NCBI GenBank assembly: GCA_964057225.1
Contig: OZ059898.1
Coordinates: 19,220,001 to 19,284,000 of the forward strand
From: Auanema rhodensis
Lineage: Eukaryota; Animalia; Nematoda
Direction of reading: 5' to 3'
Length of the DNA stretch: 64,000 bases
Program-made: the position numbers and the translations under genes
Part shown: positions 54,001-64,000 of the stretch, one piece after another
Numbering within the stretch: position 1 is the stretch's first letter
Layout of the letters: every line of letters starts with the position of its first letter
The notes under the pieces: model-generated
What the model was told of the DNA's origin: nothing
Seen by the model: only the letters and a program-made list of their open reading frames with translations
Databases searched by the model: none

Positions 54001-57000
54001 TTTTTGGAAGCAATGTTGAGTGTACATGGAAACTCAACATACACTAATGCATCATTTTTCAAACGATCATAACTAATTTTTGTATTAAGCGTTTCTCAAT
54101 GTAGTATAGTGCATTCGATGCGGATTTTTAAGCTGCGTCGATCTGTGTTATCAGATTTGCGCTAGCTTAAAAATGCACCGAGATATCAACTGATATAAGT
54201 TCACACTTATATCCTCGATTTTCACCCTGAAGAATTAATTTTTTCGTTGAATAACATTGTCCATCGTCTTTGCCTTGAAAAAAGGAATCTAAAAACATCT
54301 ACTTTTTGCTAAATTATTTTGAAATTTTTCGAAAAAATTTTTGTCAAAATGTTTTTGGAAGCAATGTTGAGTGTACATGGAAACTCAACATACACTAATG
54401 CATCATTTTTCAAACGATCATAACTAATTTTTGTATTAAGCGTTTCTCAATGTAGTATAGTGCATTTGATGCGGATTTTTAAGCTGCGTCGATCTGTGTT
54501 ATCAGATTTGCGCTAGCTTAAAAATGCACCGAGATATCAACTGATATAAGTTCACACTTATATCCTCGATTTTCACCCTGAAGAATTAATTTTTTCGTTG
54601 AATAACATTGTCCATCGTCTTTGCCTTGAAAAAAGGAATCTAAAAACATCTACTTTTTGCTAAATTATTTTGAAATTTTTCGAAAAAATTTTTGTCAAAA
54701 TGTTTTTGGAAGCAATGTTGAGTGTACATGGAAACTCAACATACACTAATGCATCATTTTTCAAACGATCATAACTAATTTTTGTATTAAGCGTTTCTCA
54801 ATGTAGTATAGTGCATTCGATGCGGATTTTTAAGCTGCGTCGATCTGTGTTATCAGATTTGCGCTAGCTTAAAAATGCACCGAGATATCAACTGATATAA
54901 GTTCACACTTATATCCTCGATTTTCACCCTGAAGAATTATTTTTTTCGTTGAATAACATTGTCCATCGTCTTTGCCTTGAAAAAAGGAATCTAAAAACAT
55001 CTACTTTTTGCTAAATTATTTTGAAATTTTTCGAAAAAATTTTTGTCAAAATGTTTTTGGAAGCAATGTTGAGTGAACATGGAAACTCAACATACACTAA
55101 TGCATCATTTTTCGAACAATCATAACTAATTTTTGTATTAAGCGTTTCTCAATGTAGTATAGTGCATTTGATGCGGATTTTTAAGCTGCGTCGATCTGTG
55201 TTATCAGATTTGCGCTAGCTTAAAAATGCACCGAGATATCAACTGATATAAGTTCACACTTATATCCTCGATTTTCACCCTGAAGAATTAATTTTTTCGT
55301 TGAATAACATTGTCCATCGTCTTTGCCTTGAAAAAAGGAATCTAAAAACATCTACTTTTTGCTAAATTATTTTGAAATTTTTCGAAAAAATTTTTGTCAA
55401 AATGTTTTTGGAAGCAATGTTGAGTGTACATGGAAACTCAACATACACTAATGCATCATTTTTCAAACGATCATAACTAATTTTTGTATTAAGCGTTTCT
55501 CAATGTAGTATAGTGCATTTGATGCGGATTTTTAAGCTGCGTCGATCTGTGTTATCAGATTTGCGCTAGCTTAAAAATGCACCGAGATATCAACTGATAT
55601 AAGTTCACACTTATATCCTCGATTTTCACCCTGAAGAATTAATTTTTTCGTTGAATAACATTGTCCATCGTCTTTGCCTTGAAAAAAGGAATCTAAAAAC
55701 ATCTACTTTTCGCTAAATTATTTTGAAATTTTTCGAAAAAATTTTTGTCAAAATGTTTTTGGAAGCAATGTTGAGTGAACATGGAAACTCAACATACACT
55801 AATGCATCATTTTTCGAACAATCATAACTAATTTTTGTATTAAGCGTTTCTCAATGTAGTATAGTGCATTTGATGCGGATTTTTAAGCTGCGTCGATCTG
55901 TGTTATCAGATTTGCGCTAGCTTAAAAATGCACCGAGATATCAACTGATATAAGTTCACACTTATATCCTCGATTTTCACCCTGAAGAATTAATTTTTTC
56001 GTTGAATAACATTGTCCATCGTCTTTGCCTTGAAAAAAGGAATCTAAAAACATCTACTTTTTGCTAAATTATTTTGAAATTTTTCGAAAAAATTTTTGTC
56101 AAAATGTTTTTGGAAGCAATGTTGAGTGTACATGGAAACTCAACATACACTAATGCATCATTTTTCAAACGATCATAACTAATTTTTGTATTAAGCGTTT
56201 CTCAATGTAGTATAGTGCATTCGATGCGGATTTTTAAGCTGCGTCGATCTGTGTTATCAGATTTGCGCTAGCTTAAAAATGCACCGAGATATCAACTGAT
56301 ATAAGTTCACACTTATATCCTCGATTTTCACCCTGAAGAATTAATTTTTTCGTTGAATAACATTGTCCATCGTCTTTGCCTTGAAAAAAGGAATCTAAAA
56401 ACATCTACTTTTTGCTAAATTATTTTGAAATTTTTCGAAAAAATTTTTGTCAAAATGTTTTTGGAAGCAATGTTGAGTGTACATGGAAACTCAACATACA
56501 CTAATGCATCATTTTTCAAACGATCATAACTAATTTTTGTATTAAGCGTTTCTCAATGTAGTATAGTGCATTTGATGCGGATTTTTAAGCTGCGTCGATC
56601 TGTGTTATCAGATTTGCGCTAGCTTAAAAATGCACCGAGATATCAACTGATATAAGTTCACACTTATATCCTCGATTTTCACCCTGAAGAATTAATTTTT
56701 TCGTTGAATAACATTGTCCATCGTCTTTGCCTTGAAAAAAGGAATCTAAAAACATCTACTTTTTGCTAAATTATTTTGAAATTTTTCGAAAAAATTTTTG
56801 TCAAAATGTTTTTGGAAGCAATGTTGAGTGAACATGGAAACTCAACATACACTAATGCATCATTTTTCGAACAATCATAACTAATTTTTGTATTAAGCGT
56901 TTCTCAATGTAGTATAGTGCATTCGTTGCGGATTTTTAAGCTGCGTCGATCTGTGTTATCAGATTTGCGCTAGCTTAAAAATGCACCGAGATATCAACTG

Positions 57001-60000
57001 ATATAAGTTCACACTTATATCCTCGATTTTCACCCTGAAGAATTAATTTTTTCGTTGAATAACATTGTCCATCGTCTTTGCCTTGAAAAAAGGAATCTAA
57101 AAACATCTACTTTTTGCTAAATTATTTTGAAATTTTTCGAAAAAATTTTTGTCAAAATGTTTTTGGAAGCAATGTTGAGTGTACATGGAAACTCAACATA
57201 CACTAATGCATCATTTTTCAAACGATCATAACTAATTTTTGTATTAAGCGTTTTTCAATGTAGTATAGTGCATTCGATGCGGATTTTTAAGCTGCGTCGA
57301 TCTGTGTTATCAGATTTGCGCTAGCTTAAAAATGCACCGAGATATCAACTGATATAAGTTCACACTTATATCCTCGATTTTCACCCTGAAGAATTAATTT
57401 TTTCGTTGAATAACATTGTCCATCGTCTTTGCCTTGAAAAAAGGAATCTAAAAACATCTACTTTTTGCTAAATTATTTTGAAATTTTTCGAAAAAATTTT
57501 TGTCAAAATGTTTTTGGAAGCAATGTTGAGTGAACATGGAAACTCAACATACACTAATGCATCATTTTTCGAACAATCATAACTAATTTTTGTATTAAGC
57601 GTTTCTCAATGTAGTATAGTGCATTTGATGCGGATTTTTAAGCTGCGTCGATCTGTGTTATCAGATTTGCGCTAGCTTAAAAATGCACCGAGATATCAAC
57701 TGATATAAGTTCACACTTATATCCTCGATTTTCACCCTGAAGAATTATTTTTTTCGTTGAATAACATTGTCCATCGTCTTTGCCTTGAAAAAAGGAATCT
57801 AAAAACATCTACTTTTTGCTAAATTATTTTGAAATTTTTCGAAAAAATTTTTGTCAAAATGTTTTTGGAAGCAATGTTGAGTGTACATGGAAACTCAACA
57901 TACACTAATGCATCATTTTTCAAACGATCATAACTAATTTTTGTATTAAGCATTTCTCAATGTAGTATAGTGCATTTGATGCGGATTTTTAAACTGCGTC
58001 GATCTGTGTTATCAGATTTGCGCTAGCTTAAAAATGCACCGAGATATCAACTGATATAAGTTCACACTTATATCCTCGATTTTCACCCTGAAGAATTATT
58101 TTTTTCGTTGAATAACATTGTCCATCGTCTTTGCCTTGAAAAAAGGAATCTAAAAACATCTACTTTTTGCTAAATTATTTTGAAATTTTTCGAAAAAATT
58201 TTTGTCAAAATGTTTTTGGAAGCAATGTTGAGTGTACATGGAAACTCAACATACACTAATGCATCATTTTTCGAACAATCATAACTAATTTTTGTATTAA
58301 GCGTTTCTCAATGTAGTATAGTGCATTTGATGCGGATTTTTAAGCTGCGTCGATCTGTGTTATCAGATTTGCGCTAGCTTAAAAATGCACCGAGATATCA
58401 ACTGATATAAGTTCACACTTATATCCTCGATTTTCACCCTGAAGAATTATTTTTTTCGTTGAATAACATTGTCCATCGTCTTTGCCTTGAAAAAAGGAAT
58501 CTAAAAACATCTACTTTTTGCTAAATTATTTTGAAATTTTTCGAAAAAATTTTTGTCAAAATGTTTTTGGAAGCAATGTTGAGTGTACATGGAAACTCAA
58601 CATACACTAATGCATCATTTTTCAAACGATCATAACTAATTTTTGTATTAAGCATTTCTCAATGTAGTATAGTGCATTCGATGCGGATTTTTAAGCTGCG
58701 TCGATCTGTGTTATCAGATTTGCGCTAGCTTAAAAATGCACCGAGATATCAACTGATATAAGTTCACACTTATATCCTCGATTTTCACCCTGAAGAATTA
58801 TTTTTTTCGTTGAATAACATTGTCCATCGTCTTTGCCTTGAAAAAAGGAATCTAAAAACATCTACTTTTTGCTAAATTATTTTGAAATTTTTCGAAAAAA
58901 TTTTTGTCAAAATGTTTTTGGAAGCAATGTTGAGTGAACATGGAAACTCAACATACACTAATGCATCATTTTTCGAACAATCATAACTAATTTTTGTATT
59001 AAGCGTTTCTCAATGTAGTATAGTGCATTTGATGCGGATTTTGTAAGCTGCGTCGATCTGTGTTATCAGATTTGCGCTAGCTTAAAAATGCACCGAGATA
59101 TCAACTGATATAAGTTCACACTTATATCCTCGATTTTCACCCTGAAGAATTAATTTTTTCGTTGAATAACATTGTCCATCGTCTTTGCCTTGAAAAAAGG
59201 AATCTAAAAACATCTACTTTTTGCTGAATTATTTTGAAATTTTTCGAAAAAATTTTTGTCAAAATGTTTTTGGAAGCAATGTTGAGTGAACATGGAAACT
59301 CAACATACACTAATGCATCATTTTTCGAACAATCATAACTAATTTTTGTATTAAGCGTTTCTCAATGTAGTATAGTGCATTTGATGCGGATTTTTAAGCT
59401 GCGTCGATCAGTGTTATCAGATTTGCGCTAGCTTAAAAATGCACCGAGATATCAACTGATATAAGTTCACACTTATATCCTCGATTTTCACCCTGAAGAA
59501 TTATTTTTTTCGTTGAATAACATTGTCCATCGTCTCTGCCTTGAAAAAAGGAATCTAAAAACATCTACTTTTTGCTAAATTATTTTGAAATTTTTCGAAA
59601 AAATTTTTGTCAAAATGTTTTTGGAAGCAATGTTGAGTGAACATGGAAACTCAACATACACTAATGCATCATTTTTCGAACAATCATAACTAATTTTTGT
59701 ATTAAGCGTTTCTCAATGTAGTATAGTGCATTTGATGCGGATTTTTAAGCTGCGTCGATCTGTGTTATCAGATTTGCGCTAGCTTAAAAATGCACCGAGA
59801 TATCAACTGATATAAGTTCACATTTATATCCTCGATTTTCACCCTGAAGAATTAATTTTTTCGTTGAATAACATTGTCCATCGTCTTTGCCTTGAAAAAA
59901 GGAATCTAAAAACATCTACTTTTTGCTAAATTATTTTGAAATTTTTCGAAAAAATTTTTGTCAAAATGTTTTTGGAAGCAATGTTGAGTGTACATGGAAA

Positions 60001-63000
60001 CTCAACATACACTAATGCATCATTTTTCAAACGATCATAACTAATTTTTGTATTAAGCGTTTTTCAATGTAGTATAGTGCATTCGATGCGGATTTTTAAG
60101 CTGCGTCGATCTGTGTTATCAGATTTGCGCTAGCTTAAAAATGCACCGAGATATCAACTGATATAAGTTCACACTTATATCCTCGATTTTCACCCTGAAG
60201 AATTAATTTTTTCGTTGAATAACATTGTCCATCGTCTTTGCCTTGAAAAAAGGAATCTAAAAACATCTACTTTTTGCTAAATTATTTTGAAATTTTTCGA
60301 AAAAATTTTTGTCAAAATGTTTTTGGAAGCAATGTTGAGTGAACATGGAAACTCAACATACACTAATGCATCATTTTTCGAACAATCATAACTAATTTTT
60401 GTATTAAGCGTTTCTCAATGTAGTATAGTGCATTTGATGCGGATTTTTAAGCTGCGTCGATCTGTGTTATCAGATTTGCGCTAGCTTAAAAATGCACCGA
60501 GATATCAACTGATATAAGTTCACACTTATATCCTCGATTTTCACCCTGAAGAATTATTTTTTTCGTTGAATAACATTGTCCATCGTCTTTGCCTTGAAAA
60601 AAGGAATCTAAAAACATCTACTTTTTGCTAAATTATTTTGAAATTTTTCGAAAAAATTTTTGTCAAAATGTTTTTGGAAGCAATGTTGAGTGTACATGGA
60701 AACTCAACATACACTAATGCATCATTTTTCAAACGATCATAACTAATTTTTGTATTAAGCGTTTCTCAATATAGTATAGTGCATTTGATGCGGATTTTTA
60801 AGCTGCGTCGATCTGTGTTATCAGATTTGCGCTAGCTTAAAAATGCACCGAGATATCAACTGATATAAGTTCACACTTATATCCTCGATTTTCACCCTGA
60901 AGAATTATTTTTTTCGTTGAATAACATTGTCCATCGTCTTTGCCTTGAAAAAAGGAATCTAAAAACATCTACTTTTTGCTAAATTATTTTGAAATTTTTC
61001 GAAAAAATTTTTGTCAAAATGTTTTTGGAAGCAATGTTGAGTGTACATGGAAACTCAACATACACTAATGCATCATTTTTCAAACGATCATAACTAATTT
61101 TTGTATTAAGCGTTTCTCCATGTAGTATAGTGCATTTGATGCGGATTTTTAAGCTGCGTCGATCTGTGTTATCAGATTTGCGCTAGCTTAAAAATGCACC
61201 GAGATATCAACTGATATAAGTTCACACTTATATCCTCGATTTTCACCCTGAAGAATTAATTTTTTCGTTGAATAACATTGTCCATCGTCTTTGCCTTGAA
61301 AAAAGGAATCTAAAAACATCTACTTTTTGCTAAATTATTTTGAAATTTTTCGAAAAAATTTTTGTCAAAATGTTTTTGGAAGCAATGTTGAGTGTACATG
61401 GAAACTCAACATACACTAATGCATCATTTTTCAAACGATCATAACTAATTTTTGTATTAAGCGTTTCTCAATGTAGTATAGTGCATTCGATGCGGATTTT
61501 TAAGCTGCGTCGATCTGTGTTATCAGATTTGCGCTAGCTTAAAAATGCACCGAGATATCAACTGATATAAGTTCACACTTATATCCTCGATTTTCACCCT
61601 GAAGAATTAATTTTTTCGTTGAATAACATTGTCCATCGTCTTTGCCTTGAAAAAAGGAATCTAAAAACATCTACTTTTTGCTAAATTATTTTGAAATTTT
61701 TCGAAAAAATTTTTGTCAAAATGTTTTTGGAAGCAATGTTGAGTGTACATGGAAACTCAACATACACTAATGCATCATTTTTCAAACGATCATAACTAAT
61801 TTTTGTATTAAGCGTTTCTCAATGTAGTATAGTGCATTTGATGCGGATTTTTAAGCTGCGTCGATCTGTGTTATCAGATTTGCGCTAGCTTAAAAATGCA
61901 CCGAGATATCAACTGATATAAGTTCACACTTATATCCTCGATTTTCACCCTGAAGAATTATTTTTTTCGTTGAATAACATTGTCCATCGTCTTTGCCTTG
62001 AAAAAAGGAATCTAAAAACATCTACTTTTTGCTAAATTATTTTGAAATTTTTCGAAAAAATTTTTGTCAAAATGTTTTTGGAAGCAATGTTGAGTGTACA
62101 TGGAAACTCAACATACACTAATGCATCATTTTTCAAACGATCATAACTAATTTTTGTATTAAGCGTTTCTCCATGTAGTATAGTGCATTTGATGCGGATT
62201 TTTAAGCTGCGTCGATCTGTGTTATCAGATTTGCGCTAGCTTAAAAATGCACCGAGATATCAACTGATATAAGTTCACACTTATATCCTCGATTTTCACC
62301 CTGAAGAATTAATTTTTTCGTTGAATAACATTGTCCATCGTCTTTGCCTTGAAAAAAGGAATCTAAAAACATCTACTTTTTGCTAAATTATTTTGAAATT
62401 TTTCGAAAAAATTTTTGTCAAAATGTTTTTGGAAGCAATGTTGAGTGTACATGGAAACTCAACATACACTAATGCATCATTTTTCAAACGATCATAACTA
62501 ATTTTTGTATTAAGCGTTTCTCAATGTAGTATAGTGCATTCGATGCGGATTTTTAAGCTGCGTCGATCTGTGTTATCAGATTTGCGCTAGCTTAAAAATG
62601 CACCGAGATATCAACTGATATAAGTTCACACTTATATCCTCGATTTTCACCCTGAAGAATTAATTTTTTCGTTGAATAACATTGTCCATCGTCTTTGCCT
62701 TGAAAAAAGGAATCTAAAAACATCTACTTTTTGCTAAATTATTTTGAAATTTTTCGAAAAAATTTTTGTCAAAATGTTTTTGGAAGCAATGTTGAGTGTA
62801 CATGGAAACTCAACATACACTAATGCATCATTTTTCAAACGATCATAACTAATTTTTGTATTAAGCGTTTCTCAATGTAGTATAGTGCATTCGATGCGGA
62901 TTTTTAAGCTGCGTCGATCTGTGTTATCAGATTTGCGCTAGCTTAAAAATGCACCGAGATATCAACTGATATAAGTTCACACTTATATCCTCGATTTTCA

Positions 63001-64000
63001 CCCTGAAGAATTATTTTTTTCGTTGAATAACATTGTCCATCGTCTTTGCCTTGAAAAAAGGAATCTAAAAACATCTACTTTTTGCTAAATTATTTTGAAA
63101 TTTTTCGAAAAAATTTTTGTCAAAATGTTTTTGGAAGCAATGTTGAGTGAACATGGAAACTCAACATACACTAATGCATCATTTTTCGAACAATCATAAC
63201 TAATTTTTGTATTAAGCGTTTTTCAATGTAGTATAGTGCATTCGATGCGGATTTTTAAGCTGCGTCGATCTGTGTTATCAGATTTGCGCTAGCTTAAAAA
63301 TGCACCGAGATATCAACTGATATAAGTTCACACTTATATCCTCGATTTTCACCCTGAAGAATTAATTTTTTCGTTGAATAACATTGTCCATCGTCTTTGC
63401 CTTGAAAAAAGGAATCTAAAAACATCTACTTTTTGCTAAATTATCTTGAAATTTTTCGAAAAAATTTTTGTCAAAATGTTTTTGGAAGCAATGTTGAGTG
63501 AACATGGAAACTCAACATACACTAATGCATCATTTTTCGAACAATCATAACTAATTTTTGTATTAAGCGTTTCTCAATGTAGTATAGTGCATTTGATGCG
63601 GATTTTTAAGCTGCGTCGATCTGTGTTATCAGATTTGCGCTAGCTTAAAAATGCACCGAGATATCAACTGATATAAGTTCACACTTATATCCTCGATTTT
63701 CACCCTGAAGAATTATTTTTTTCGTTGAATAACATTGTCCATCGTCTTTGCCTTGAAAAAAGGAATCTAAAAACATCTACTTTTTGCTAAATTATTTTGA
63801 AATTTTTCGAAAAAATTTTTGTCAAAATGTTTTTGGAAGCAATGTTGAGTGTACATGGAAACTCAACATACACTAATGCATCATTTTTCAAACGATCATA
63901 ACTAATTTTTGTATTAAGCATTTCTCAATGTAGTATAGTGCATTCGATGCGGATTTTTAAGCTGCGTCGATCTGTGTTATCAGATTTGCGCTAGCTTAAA

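Larger units (their letters stand above)
1..64000. repeat. Tandem satellite DNA array, 351-bp AT-rich monomer, ~182.3 copies, single orientation, extends beyond both window edges
   Basis: The anchor ttttc(g/a)aac(a/g)atcataact recurs at 1, 352, 703 ... 3511 (10x351+1). The register offset is +2 at 7023-42123, +1 at 49142-56162 and +2 at 63183, and the last monomer starts at 63885. No non-satellite sequence was seen. Confidence 0.99.

Noticed and set aside
1-64000. CRISPR array or other repeat-spacer system
   Set aside because: There are no unique spacers; the entire 351 bp is repeated.

Overview
The whole window is one uninterrupted head-to-tail satellite DNA array: 182 full copies plus 116 bp of a 351-bp monomer (about 31% GC, 109/351 by hand count). 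Copies are highly homogeneous, and only four single-base indels shift the register in 64 kb. I found no gene, RNA gene, transposon insertion, inversion or CRISPR spacer; all six reading frames close within each monomer. This looks like eukaryotic (peri)centromeric or heterochromatic satellite, but I cannot name the family or host. The informative signal is internal. (i) The monomer is rich in dyad symmetry, with four hairpins, one of them 51 nt. (ii) Two interspersed monomer haplotypes carry mutually exclusive CpGs. (iii) Recurrent variants are biased to CpG transitions. (iv) Rare shared SNPs record nested duplications with 2-, 3-, 12-, 15- and 19-monomer offsets. (v) A more diverged island lies at about 3.8-7.8 kb. 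I cannot support a novel protein-coding system here.
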